Counted from the stretch's first letter, positions 1 to 13,789 are shown. The stretch is 64,000 nt of DNA from Phyllobates terribilis (GCF_046119375.1 NW_027362769.1:108438001-108502000); one strand, 5' to 3'. Translations and numbers: made by a program. The notes: generated by a model not told the origin, from the sequence alone.

Positions 1-2122
1 CTGTACCTTCACGAGCAAGCTGGACATGCAGCAGGAGTTTTAACTCAATCACATGGTGACAATCAGAGACCTGTTGCCTATTTTAGTGGCAGATTGGATG
101 CGGTAGCCAGAGGTGCACCATCCTGTGTACGTGCTCTGCATGCTGTTGGACTGCTACTCCACAAATCTGCAGACATTGTTCTAGATCATCTTCTCACCGT
201 TCTAACACCTTATGATGTCTACACTATATTGAATCAAGTGCAACCCGCTCACCTCTCAGCAGCACGTCATCTCAGGTTACAATGTGCACTGTTAATGCCT
301 CCCAATGTTTCTTTACAGAGGTGTACTACTTTGAACCCAGCAACTTTGTTACCTCTCTCGGATCTGAAGGAGGGGTCAGGTACTGTGCTTTTTAAGGAAG
401 ATCCAAGAGAGGAAGTTCCTCATGACTGTGTACAAATGATGGCACAAGAAACGGCAGGTTTACCTACTGTATTTGAACATGAATTAGAAAATGCAGATTT
501 TGAATTTTTTGTAGATGGATCCCATCATCAGGACGATTCAGGTACTTTCCATACTGGATATGCAGTTGTCTCCCTCAATGCAGTAATCAAGGCAGAACCA
601 ATGCTCCCACACCAATCGGCTCAAGAGGCCGAACTTAGGGCCCTAACCAAGGCCTGTAAATTAGCAGAAGGTAGTGTTGTTAACATTTACACGGATTCTA
701 GGTACGCATTCGGTATAGCGCATGATTTTGGTCCAATATGGAAATCAAGAGGTTTCCTGACGGCAGCAGGACACACCATAAAGAATGCTGATGCAGTCCA
801 GCAGTTAATTGATGCACTACAATTACCCAAACAAGTAGCTGTCATAAAGGCAAGAGCACATACCAGACGCACCGACCAGGTAAGCAGAGGTAATGCGATG
901 GCAGATGCAGCAGCAAAAACAGCAGCCTGCAAGCCGCAACAAGGGTCAACAGTACGTCAGATAAGTGCCCCTAAAAACCCCTTTGTGTCGGAGGACATAT
1001 TATCCCAAATGCAGGCTCAGGCTCTGAAGGAGGAGGTTGATAAGTGGTTGAAGGAAGGTGCATGCCTGAATGAAGCAAATGGGGTATGGGGGAAAGGGAC
1101 ACGATGATGCCTTCCAAGGGCACTGTACCCAGCGGCTGCCCAGATGCTATATGGGCCGGTACACCAATCTAAAACAGCTGTGATGAGTGTGATGCAGAAA
1201 CATTGGGTGGCACCAGGATTCTCCACCTGTATTGAACGACTGATAAAAGGGTGCATGATATGTGCTACACATAATCAGGGTAGAGTAGTTAAAACACCAC
1301 CCAAACACACACCCCGGCCCCTCTATCCATTCCAGAGACTGCAAATTGATTATATTCAGCTGCCGAAGTCAGGATCATGGGAATATGTGTTGGTCTGTAT
1401 TGATTTGTTCTCAGGATGGCCAGAGGCTTTCCCGATTGCCAAAGCCACGGCTGCGGCAACCGCAAAGAAACTGCTTGCGGAGGTGGTCTGCAGGTATGGG
1501 GTACCAGAGGTAATTGAGAGTGACAGAGGTACACACTTCACGGGTGAAATAATGAATGAAGTCATGTCAGCTCTAGGAATTCAACAAGCATTCCACACCC
1601 CACATCACCCACAAAGTAGTGGTAAAGTGGAAAGACTGAATGGGACATTGAAATAAAAAATTCAGAAAGCCATGGCTGAGACAGGAAAACCATGGCCGGA
1701 TTGTTTACCGCTTGCTCTGTTTTCAGTAAGATACACGCCCAATAAAAAGACTGAACTCTCTCCATATGAGATATTGTTTGGAAACGTACCCAGCCTAGGG
1801 TGTTTCTATCCGCAAGCATTAGAAATGAACAACCATGTGCTAAGTTCCTACGTAAGGGCTTTACATAAAAAGATCAAGCAAATACATGATAATGTTTTCA
1901 GTTCTCTTCCAGATCCAGATCAAGACCCTAGCAGCCATACGCTACAACCTGGAGACTGGGTGGTTATAAAAAGACGTGAGGAAAAGCCTAGATCCACGGT
2001 TTGACGGACCCTTTCAAGTTCTGCTGACCACAAGTACAGCCGTTAAGCTAGAGGGAAAAGAGGCCTGGATCCACGCGTCCCATTGCAAAAAGATATTAGG
2101 AGACCCAGCGGACAAAGAATGA
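1..2122 (+). pseudogene. pol: ERV pol (RT connection, RNase H, integrase), disrupted
   Basis: Frame from nt 1 reads LYLHEQAGHAAGVLTQ...RPVAYFSGRLD; RNase H FVDGS/AQEAEL/IYTDSRYAFG; IN zinc finger and core LQIDYIQL/IESDRGTHF/SSGKVERLNGTLK; C-terminus [12 protein letters not shown]...WIHASHCK. In-frame stops at 1105-1107 and 1654-1656, frameshift near 1975; stop TGA 2120-2122 overlaps env ATG. Confidence 0.92.
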
Positions 2123-2684
2123 AGACATTGTTTATACTTACCTGCATCCTTGCGACCACAGGTCCATGGACTACGTTAGGCACCACAGATGGAGATGACA
2201 ATAGATTCATTAAACACCATCTTGCTCTAATCGATGGACTAAAGGAGCAAAACCAGACTACTGCTAATTGTTGGATATGTACACATGCCCCTGTGACGTC
2301 CACTAGCATACCCTTTCTCGCTGTCCCAGTATCATGGGAAGAGATAAACTTTTGGGTGAACTGCTCAGATACTTTAGCCAATAATTCCACACAGAAATTA
2401 TGGAATACCACTGTTGGGATTCCTGTGGTAGGATGGACAGAATTTCCTTGGTGGCAAGGGAACCTGACAGGTCAAGTAATCCCCAGGTTATATCTAGCTT
2501 TTAAAGGAGGGGAGTGGGTACGCCGAATTGGTTTAAAGGTATCGGTGGGTGGTTGGCTGGTATAGTGCAAGCTATTTTTTAGGTTTTGCTAATGTGTCTT
2601 GCGGTTTATTTGGTTTTTAAGCTTTTTCTAATGTGTATTCAGCTTTGTACTAAAAGAAAAAGAAAATATAGAGATTCATATTGA
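2119..2684 (+). pseudogene. env: ERV env with large internal deletion (SU N-terminus joined out of frame to the TM anchor and tail)
   Basis: ATG 2119 gives [13 protein letters not shown] signal peptide and NCWICTH (CxxC); from 2523 another frame reads PNWFKGIGGWLAGIVQAIF*VLLMCLAVYLVFKLFLMCIQLCTKRKRKYRDSY*. Confidence 0.85.
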
Positions 2685-2689
2685 TTAAT

Positions 2690-2709
2690 GAAGGAACAAA
2701 AGGACGGAA
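2690..2709 (+). other. Polypurine tract of the ERV
   Basis: GAAGGAACAAAAGGACGGAA immediately before the TG of the LTR. Confidence 0.7.
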
Positions 2710-3098
2710 TGTTATAGCAGAAGATGAGGTCCCCCAAGTTCAAAGACCCCATCTATGCTATATAAGTCTGACGGTTACCTTAGGTCAAAAACAACAACTA
2801 AATGTTCCTTCCTTGTATCAATAGAAACTAACGTGTCCTTGCTAGTCATCAGAATGTGTCTGATTAAATGTTTCAACACAAGCATAGGCATCACGAGAAC
2901 AGAAACCAGTTTTTGTTTGCACAGCTAAATTGTATGATCGGACCATATATGGTAAATCCGTTTCTGCCTCCAGGGTGTATATAAACCCTATGCTTTGTAA
3001 TAAAGTTAGAGTCTGTTGATGCATACTACCTGTCTTGTGTCTTATTCTCTCCGGGCCTGTATACTAAAGGATAGAAGAACCAGAAAGCAGTGACGACA
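2710..3098 (+). repeat. ERV 3' LTR (~389 bp)
   Basis: Starts TGTTATAG after the PPT, ends TGACGACA; TATATAAA 2978-2985, AATAAA 2999-3004. Confidence 0.82.
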
Positions 3099-3904
3099 AC
3101 CTCAAGCAGCTTGGATTGTGGCCTCTCCACTCTTCCTCCAGACTCTGGGACCTTGATTTCCTAATGAAATGCAAAATTTACTTTCATCTGAAAACAACAC
3201 CTTGACCCACTTAGCAACAGTCCAGGTCTTTTTCTCCTTGGCCCAGGTAAGACGCTTCTGGCGTTGTCTATTGGTCATGAGTGGCTTGACACAAGGAATG
3301 CGACACTTGTAGCCCATGTCCTGGATACGTCTGTGTGTGGTGGCTCTTGAAGCAATGACTCCAGCAGCAGTCCACTCCTTGTGAATCTCCCCCAAATTTT
3401 TGAATGGCCTTTTCTTAACAATCCTTTCAAGGCTGCGGTTATCCCTGTTGCTTGTGCACCTATTTCTACCACACATTTTCCTTCCACTCAACTTTCAATT
3501 AATATGCTTGGATACAGCACTCTGAACAGCCAGCTTCTTTAGCAATGACCTTTTGTGGCTTACCCTCCTTGTGGAGTGTGTCAATTACTGTCTTCTGGAC
3601 GTCTGTCAAGTCAGCAGTCTTCCCCATGATTGTGGAGCCTACTGAAACAGACTAAGGGATCTTTTTAAAAGTGTAGGAAACCTTTGCAGGTGTTTTTTGT
3701 TAATTATTTTAATTTACTGAGATAATGACTTTTGTGCTTTCATTGGCTGTAAGCCATAATCATCAACATTAACAGAAATAAACGCTTGAAATAGATCACA
3801 CTGTTTGTAATGACTCTATACAATATATGAGTTTCACTTTTTGAATTGAAGAACTGAAATAAATTAACTTTTTGACGATATTCTAATTTTGTGAGAAGCA
3901 CTTG
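3099..3904 (-). mobile_element. Tc1 DNA transposon, 5' half (transposase N-terminus 3627->3099), cut by the ERV
   Basis: MGKTADLTDVQKTVIDTLHKEG...VLFSDESKFCIS...RVWRKSGE on the minus strand; terminus CAAGTGCTTCTCACAAAATTAGAAT with TA at 3905-3906. Confidence 0.9.
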
Positions 3905-3906
3905 TA

Positions 3907-4259
3907 TCTATGGTGTTCTTGTTTCCTTCAATCTATGTCATCAGCTCTATCAAATCCCCAGACACACTTTCTTTAGATATCTGCAACTAAGGCATGCCCT
4001 AAATACCCAGTTCCCAGACATTGGACATTCTTTCATATCCTCATATTCCCTGATATTGATTCTAAGGAGTCAGGGACCGAATGGGTTCATCTCCTTTTTA
4101 TACACCCAGATACTAAGCAGGAGATGCTCCTCATCACAATTATTGGTTGAGGCCAAATAGGGAAAGTATTACTGTCCTCCATCAGAGGAGGATTGGGATG
4201 AGGTCTTGACCTCCCCACAATATATTTCACGGCAATTAATAAGCTAGTCCAAATGTATA
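3907..4259 (+). mobile_element. L1-clade LINE ORF2 3' region, part 1 (decayed)
   Basis: YQIPRHTFFRYLQLRHAL motif; frame ends KLVQMY at the TA where a Tc1 inserted. Confidence 0.75.
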
Positions 4260-5813
<1,554 letters not shown>

Positions 5814-6483
5814 TATAGTCCATCAATGCTACCTGATTCCTAGCAGGTTATATAACATGGGTAGATCCACCACTGCAGATCGCCATAGGTGTGGGGAAGA
5901 GATGGCAGATTTTATACACCTGATGTGGTATTGCTCACCTATTGCAGAGTTTTGGAAGAAGGTCATAGCTATCCTCCTGGAGATCACACAACGACCTAAG
6001 GTGTGTTTATTAGGAATCCTTGATGAGGAGACCTGGCCTCACTACCCTCGCACTCTTCACAGGGAAACCTTGTTTTTGGCTCTCAAGGCTATTGCCATGA
6101 GATTGATGGATAGAAGGCCCCCACAAATTTCACATTTGGTCAATATGGTGAATACTGCAGCTTCCTATGAGAGGGTGGTATATAAAATAGACATTGTCCT
6201 TGAAAATTTGATAAGTTATGGAAAGCTTGGCTTGATTCCCCTTTGACTCACATTAGTCCCCAGGTGATGAGGAGTATTCTCTCATGATAAAATATGTGAT
6301 ATTTGGTGCCTGCCATGGGTGGCTTTTGCTTTTCGTTAATATATTAGACCCAGGGTATGTTAAGTGTAGGGTAAATTTGCCAGACAGCATTAATGAACAA
6401 TGAGAAATACTGTTTGCTCTTATTTTTTATGATGTAACCTTATGTTGTATAATCTTCAATAAAACGAGTTTAGAAGAAAAGAA
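5814..6483 (+). mobile_element. L1-clade LINE ORF2 C-terminus (zinc knuckle), 3' UTR and A-rich tail, part 2
   Basis: IVHQCYLIPSRLY...HRCGEEMADFIHLMWYCSPIAEFWKKV; AATAAA 6458-6463 followed by an A-rich tail. Confidence 0.8.
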
Positions 6484-7361
6484 TATTCTAGTCTAAAAGC
6501 AATGCTACGGGGGTACAGGAGGGAAGGTTCATGCACCACCATTGAATCTGTAATACCCTACAAAACAGACCTATATTACGGCCTTGTACTTGATACCCTT
6601 AGGTTGGGGCTGCATGGAAACTTTTGTAGTATGATTTAGCAATTTCAACTTTTTTAGTAGAGAAATACTGAGTCCTGTTCATCTGTCATTCAGTAAAGTC
6701 ACAATGAAGACCTAGCATCACAGAAAGGGGGAAGATCTCCTGAACTTCCAGAAAATCTGGCAAATGTCCAGGTGCTGCAGAATCCTCCCCATGAGCGGCA
6801 AAAGCCTAAAGGTGGCCTGTGTGTGGCCCTGTGATCCAGGCACATATACAAGGGGTGGGCAGTATTGGACTGCGATGCCAAGGGCCCACCAGTAACAAAC
6901 TCCAGGGCCCCACTTTTCAGCTTCATGCAAATCAGACATTATCCTCAATCACAAATGTATATAACAATGAACTGGGAAGATTGTTACATGAATAAGATGC
7001 TGCCTTTGTCTGTACATAGTGATTCAAGTATATTGTGCCAAGTACTGCTCATATAAGAGGGTGGCGGCCCACCGGAGGATTTTCCTGCTCTCCTGTCTGC
7101 CAGTCCGAGCCTGATGGGAAACGTTAGATATGTAAAACAAAATCAATTTCACAGGTCACAGCTTCCACCTATAACATTTTTTCAGTTTTTTCAGAGGTGA
7201 ACCTTGCTCATATGGTTTAATTTCTTCCCAACTAATAAAGTGCCTGTTCTGAGAGTCCACTCCTGTATAACATTGAATCCTCGTGCATTTCATTAAACAG
7301 ACTTGTCAGCATTAGTGTTTATTGGGGCTTTCATTATGAAAGTTCAATTTGTATCAAAAGG

Positions 7362-8656
7362 ATGTAAGTACATGGATAAGAATGAAGTGATTAACCAGAG
7401 TCAGCATGGGTTTGTAACTAACAAGTCATGTCAGACTAACTTAATTTCCTTCTATGACAGAATCACTGACTGGGTGGATCAGGGAAATGCTGTAGATATA
7501 GTATATCTTGACTTCAGCAAAGCATTTGACAAAGTATCTCACACCATCCTTATTGAAAAAATGACCAAGTATGCAATGGACCAGGCAACTGTTAGGTGGA
7601 TTCATAACTGGCTTAGTGATCGGACTCAAAGGGTGGTTGTAAATGGCTTCACATCCAGCTGGATGAATGTCTCAAGTGGGGTACCACAGGGCTCCGTCCT
7701 GGGACCTGTATTGTTCAACATCTTTATCAATGATTTAGATGAAGGAATTGAGGGTAAACTGATTAAATTTGCTGATGACACAAAGCTAGGAGGGATAGCT
7801 AATACTAGAGAAGAGAGAGAGAGGATTCAAAAAGACCTAAATAAACTGGAGCAGTGGGCAGCAACCAACAGAATGGTTTTTAACAGAGAAAAATGCAAAG
7901 TACTACATCTGGGCAATAAAAATGAAAAAAGCATATACAGAATGGGAGGAATAGAGCTAAGCAACAGTACATGTGAAAAAGACTTAGGTATACTAATAGA
8001 TCATAGACTGAACATGAGTCAACAGTGTGATGCAGCAGCAAAAAAGGCAAATACAATTCTGGGATGTATTAACAGAAGCATACAGTCTAGATCACGTGAA
8101 GTCATTATCGGTCTTTACTCCTCTTTGGTCAGACCTCATCTGGAATACTGTGTACAGTTTTGGGCACCACATTTTAAAAAAGACATAGACAAACTGGAGC
8201 AAGTTCAGAGAAGAGCGACCAGAATGGTGACCGGTCTGCAAACCATGTCCTATGAGGAACGGTTGCAGGATTTGGGAATGTTTAGCTTGCAAAAAAGAAG
8301 ACTGAGAGGAGACTTAATAGCTGTCTACAAATATGTCAAGGGCTGTCACATTGTAGAAGGATCATCTTTATTCTCATTTGCACAAGGAAAGACTAGAAGC
8401 AACGGGATGAAACTAAATGGGAGGAGACACAGATTAGATATTAGAAAAAACTTGTTGACAGTTAGGGTGATTAATGAGTGGAACAGGCTGCCACGAGAGG
8501 TGGTGAGTTCCCCTTCAATGGACGTCTTCAAACAGAGGCTGGACAGACATCTGTCTGAGATGATCTAGTGAATCCTGCTTTGAGCAGGGGGTTGGACCAG
8601 ATGACCCAGGAGGTCCCTTCCAACTCTACCATTCTATGATTCTATGATTCTATGAT
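7362..8656 (+). mobile_element. 5'-truncated CR1 LINE
   Basis: RT motifs QHGF, YLDFSKAFDKV, GVPQGSVLGPVLF, KFADDTKL; 3' end GAGGTCCCTTCCAAC followed by (ATTCTATG)x3 at 8631-8654. Confidence 0.95.
7363..8568 (+). pseudogene. CR1 ORF2 reverse-transcriptase and C-terminal fragment (uninterrupted frame, no own start)
   Basis: About 400 codons without a stop; CR1 homology begins near CKYMDKNEVINQSQHGF. Confidence 0.85.
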
Positions 8657-8707
8657 ATGGATCCCTTTGGGGGGAGGGGGGGGGGCATTTTTTTTTTTGT
8701 TGCTTAA

Positions 8708-9572
8708 AGGGGTTGTCCCCTTTCAGAAAATCCAAGTCTCTGGACGTAGTCTGTTATATATTAAGAAAATAACAAACAAACCTGTGCTTTATTCACCATC
8801 CCTGGGTCCACCGCTGAGTCTCCGGTATCTGATATTGGCTGCAGCGCTGATGTCATGTTGAAAGCACGGCAGCTATGAGCTCAGTGATTGGCTGCCGCAC
8901 TGTCGGTGTGCTGTCATCTCTGTAGACAACACCTATAAAGAGGAAATGTCACCAGGTCAAAAGGGGCCAGTTTTTGCTCTAATTTTTTTCCACTCCTCCC
9001 CTTTTTTTTTATTCTACCATATGGATCCAGAGATGTGGGCCTTTTTTATGTATTGCACTCAATATGCATAATTTTGTGGCCTTACTAAGGGGGCATTGCT
9101 GAAAGAAGTCTTGGGGAAGGGGGGGACATGTCTAAAAGCTGCTCTGCATAATTATCCTGTGAGCAGCGACCCCATAGGAAAGACCATAAAAATTTGCATA
9201 TTGAGCGCTCTAAAAAAAAAAAGGCCCATGTCTCTATATGGCGGATTTATAATAACAAAAATCAAGACTGGAATACCTGCCTGATCGCTAATTGTTTGCA
9301 GGATGATCTGCAAGTCACAACTCGATGTAAGTCAATGAGAGCTGGAACCAAGCCAGAACAAGGTTCTCATAGACTTACATTGAGAGCTCGTGAACGTTAC
9401 TTCTGACTTCTGGTCAATCTGAAGTTGCGGTCACAAGATGGCGGAGCGGGACCGGAGCGGCATCGGGCACAGCAGAAGACGGCGAATGGTCATCATAATC
9501 CCAGGGTCAGGAACTTACATTAGTGGCACCACTCCAGGGCTGAAATAAAAAAGAACACTGGAGTGGTGCTTG
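8708..9572. mobile_element. Cluster of TTAA-type (Kolobok/T2-like) MITE fragments
   Basis: TTAA|AGGGGTTGTCC at 8704; AAAGAGGAAATGTCACCAGG at ~8937; terminal IR GCACCACTCCAG...CTGGAGTGGTGC at 9524-9569. Confidence 0.5.
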
Positions 9573-9814
9573 AAGCTAGGAACTGGATAATGGTGCACAA
9601 TGGCAAAAAGCTTTATATTACAAAGTTGTTTTTTTTTTTTTTCGTTTATTAAAAAATGGACCTCTTTAATGATGATTGAACCTTTTAAGCTATTTATTTT
9701 TAGAATGTATATAACAGTTGAAGAGGAAACGCTGTCTGCTTGTGCAATGCGCCATCTTGTGGTCAGTAATGCAAGTTGCAAGTCTACTGTGTTAATACGT
9801 AATTCAGTCTTATG

Positions 9815-9996
9815 AGCCCTCCACATTCAGTATCTGGTCAGTATTTTATATCCATATTTGTAAGCCAAAATCCGGAGTGGAACAATCAGAGGAAAAGTAT
9901 AATAGAAACACGTCACCACTTCTGTATTTTTCACCCACTCCTGGTTTTGGCTTACAAATACTGATGTAAAATACTGAGCAAATACTGAACAGGGCC
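9815..9996. mobile_element. Palindromic Harbinger/PIF-type MITE (same family as 59448-59633)
   Basis: Arms TTCAGTATCTGGTCAGTATTTTA / TAAAATACTGAGCAAATACTGAA; ends GGCC|TAA; core shared with the 59.5 kb copy. Confidence 0.7.
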
Positions 9997-10443
9997 TAAG
10001 ACTAAAGTTCACACAAGGGTATAAAAAAAAAATTTAAAAAATGGGCAATTTTGTTCCGTATGGTGGTCCATCTGCAACCAATCCATGCAATCCATATGGC
10101 ATCTTTACATCACCAGTTATTAACATTTACAATAACAAATACAGTTTTCTGTGGTAAGAAATGCAATGTATCCTTAAAAATCAGATGCTATATTGTTGAT
10201 CTGCTTGGGATCAGGTTTTGGGGTTTTCTTGGGGGGGGCACTGATAGATTTGAATGGGCAACTCTACGGCATATGGAAGGAATTCGTGCATGCTGCGATT
10301 TTTATTTTTTTTTATTTGAAGATTTGGCCTGTGAAAAAAGCGCTCATCTGAACAGCCCAATTGTATAATGTTGGCCCTAGTAGTGCCCATGTCATGTCAG
10401 TCTTTTTGATGAACATCGCTCATACCAAAAATACGGATCTTTA

Positions 10444-10795
10444 GGCTGTGTGCCCACGATGCATTTTTGGTGCGTTTTTTTGGTGCAGATTTGCAGCGCG
10501 GAAACCCTCCAAAAAACGCATTGCATACCTTATCCTATGACTTCCTATGACATTCTGCAAGTTCTGTGCACATGGTCAGGATTTTTTCTGCGTGGATTTT
10601 ACTCGCAGAAAAAATCCAGACATGACCAATTCTTGTGCGTTTCTGCATGCGGATTTGCCTATACAATGCATTGGAAAAACGCATGGCAAATACGCATGCA
10701 AAAACGCATAAAAACCGCAAGCGTTTTTCTGCCAAGGAGATGCAGAAATGCTCAGGAAAATTTCTGCTTCATTTCTGCATCGTGGGCACTAAGCC
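10444..10795. mobile_element. Harbinger/PIF-type MITE
   Basis: TIR GGCTGTGTGCCCACGATGCA / TGCATCGTGGGCACTAAGCC; flanks TTA and TTG. Confidence 0.7.
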
Positions 10796-11497
10796 TTGCA
10801 CAACTGTAATTTACAGTCTGAGTTATGGCCGCTATATCCAGCCTGACCATGGGTGAAAATGCTGATATGAAGTCGTTGATTGCCTTACATTGGTCTTTGT
10901 GCTCTCCAGCAGTCTGAGCTCCGTCTTATGTGTTTGCGCTTTGGTTTGTAATTCCTGAGATAGCCCAAAAGGTCCCTTTGACTTTTTAGGGTCCCGTGGG
11001 TAGGCCAAGAGGCCAGAGTTCCCTGTTATAGCGAATTGGTGAGCGTCTCGATGGCTGCACCTCCACTGATCTAACATTTATTACCTAGTCAATCGTTATT
11101 TCCTGGAATACCCCTTGGAGAAATGGTGAGTTGGTAAAAATATATAAAGGCTTGTTCCCTTCCAGCTTTCCACTCAATAATTGTCTCCTTAGGATATGGG
11201 AGGACATGTTTTCTATTCCCCCATGTGTGGGGCTATCTAGCGAAATCTGTTAGTTCACCTTGGGTTGTGTGGGCAGAAGGACGGAAGATGATTATTGCAA
11301 ACAATGCTGGGCGATGACAATGGCAAACTGCTAATCTTTTATTAACAAAATCTTGGAAAAAGCATTTTGCTGATTTTGATTTCCTATGAGGGTGTACCCC
11401 ACACTGTAAACTATTAGGAATATTAGAATTCACATATCCTAGACACAGAACTGCGAGGTGACTTGTAATATTCCCAGAATTTACAGTAGGTACATTA

Positions 11498-13057
11498 CAC
11501 TGTGTGCATAATTATTAGGCAAGTTGTATGTTAGAGGATTATTTTTATTATTGATCAACAACTATGTTCTCAATCAACCCAAAAGATTCATAAATATCCA
11601 AGCTTAATATTTTTGGAAGTTGGAGTGGGTTTTTTTTTAGATTTGGCTATCTTAGGAGGATATCTGTTTGTGCAGGTAACTATTACTGTGCCGAATTATT
11701 AGGCAACTTAATAAAAAACAAATATAATCCCATCTCACTTGTTTATTTTCACCAGGTAAACCAATATCAGTGCACAAAATTTAGAAATAAACATTTCTGA
11801 CATGCAAAAACAAAAACAAAAAAAATTAGTGATCAATATAGCCACCTTTCTTTATGATGACGCTCAACAGCCTTCCATCCATAGATTCTGTCAGTTGATT
11901 GATCTGTTTTCGATCAACATTGCGTGCAGCAGCCACCACAGCCTCCCAGACACTGTTCCGAGAGGTGTACTGTTTTCCCTCCCTGTAGATCTCACATTTT
12001 ATGATGGACCACAGGTTCTCTATGTGGTTCAGATCAGGTGAACAAGGGGGCCATGTCATTATTTTTTCTTCTTTTAGACCTTTACTGACCAGCCACGCTG
12101 TTGAGTAGTTGGATGCATGTGATGGAGCATTGTCCTGCATGAAAATCATGCTTTTCTTGAACGATACCGACTTCTTCCTGTACCACTGCTTGAAGAAGTT
12201 GTCTTCAGAAACTGGCAGTAGGTCTGGGAGTTGAGCTTCACTCCATCCTCAACCCGACAACCCGAAAAGGTCCCACAAGTTCATCTTTGATGATACCAGC
12301 CCATACCAGTACCCCACCTCCACCTTGCTGGCGTCTGAGTCGGACGCCCTTTACTGATCCAGCCTCTGGCCCATCCATCTGGCCCATCAAGAGTCACTCT
12401 CATTTCATCAGTCCATAAAACCTTTGATAAATCAGTCTTAAGATATTTCTTGGCTCATTCTTGACGTTTTATCTTATGTTTCTTGTTCAAAGGTGGACGT
12501 TTTTCAGCCTTCCTTACCTTGGCCATGTCCCTGAGTATCGCACACCTTGTGCTTTTTGATACTCCAGTAACGTTGCAGCCCTGAAATATGGCAGAACTGG
12601 TGGCAAATGGCATCTTGGCAGCTTCACGTGTGATTTTCCTCAATTCATGGGCAGTTATTTTGCGCCTTTTTTGGTCAACACGCTTCTTGCGACCCTGTTG
12701 GCTATTTGCCATGAAACGCTTGATTGTTTGGTGATCACGCTTCAAAAGTTTGGAAATTTCAAAACTGCTGCCTCCCTCTGCAAGACATCTCACAATTTTG
12801 GACTTTTCAGAGCCCGTCAAATCTCTCTTCTGACCCATTTTGCCAAAGAAAAGGAAGTTGCCTAATAATTAAGCACACCTTATATAGGGTGTTGATGTCA
12901 TTAGTCAGCACCCCTCCTCATTACAGAGATGCACATCACCAGATTTACTTAATTGGTAGTTGGCTCTCAAGCCTATGCAGCTTGGAGTAGGACAACATGT
13001 ATAAAAATTATCAAAGTGATCAAAATACTAATTTGCCTAATAATTCTGCACGTGGTG
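11498..13057 (-). mobile_element. Tc1/mariner DD37E (TRT-type) element, decayed copy
   Basis: TIRs CACTGTGTGCATAATTATTAGGCAA / TTGCCTAATAATTCTGCACGTGGTG with TA flanks; transposase MGQKRDLTGSEKSKIV... broken by a stop, an indel and a small duplication; closely similar to 29149-30706. Confidence 0.92.
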
Positions 13058-13789
13058 TATTACAGTTGAGTTTCTGTTTCAGAAAACCCTTGTCCTCAGG
13101 CGCAGTTTATTTAAAAACAAACAAACTGTGCTTTACTCACCTTTCCCAGGTCCATCGTTGAGTCTCCTCTGCTGCTCCTGGTGTCTATTATTGTCTGCTG
13201 TGCTAATGTCATGTCAAATTTGAAAAGTCACAAAATTTTGGCATCAGCTTCGCTGAAATGGTCAGGATTGAGGAGGAGTCGGGGCGGAATGGGGCATGGT
13301 CATGTTCCCCTATAAATTCATCAAATGTGTCGGCATTTTCAGTGCAAGAAATGCTACTCCAGTCTCTGATTGGAGTAGCATTCCTGGCACAGCAACACAG
13401 AGGCACACACCACTTAGAAGGTGTCGAATTCATTAAGTGGGGTTGCAACTCTTAATGAATTCTGCGCCATGTACTTTGTCAAGACTGGTTTGCACTATGC
13501 CAGTCTTGCTGAATCGGCCCCATGGCTGATTCATCCCTACATTATCGCTCTGCATTCTGTAGTCCACAGTTTACTTTAGGCCTGCGGCGTACAGAATGGC
13601 AGGGTGACAAGTCCCGGAAGGATACAAAGCAACGTGATGGCATCATTGCGTCGGGAATCTGACACTCTGCGCGTTTACCCGGCTCGATTACATCATTATC
13701 CGCCTGCGCCTTGCCGCTCTCAGCTGGCTGACTCATCAGGATTTGTGTTATGCGAGTATATGATGTTTATTTTTTATTTTAATAGTAAT

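Larger units (their letters stand above)
1..3098 (+). mobile_element. Endogenous retrovirus (class I, epsilon/gamma-like), 3' half: pol-env-PPT-3' LTR; continues upstream of the window
   Basis: Retroviral RT-connection, RNase H and integrase motifs, env with signal peptide and CWIC, purine tract, then a TG...CA LTR ending exactly at Tc1 sequence. Confidence 0.93.

Noticed and set aside
7303-7361. N-terminus (MSALVFIGAF...) of the 421-aa ORF as a real start
   Set aside because: Flanking DNA fused by chance to a 5'-truncated CR1; RT homology starts near 7362
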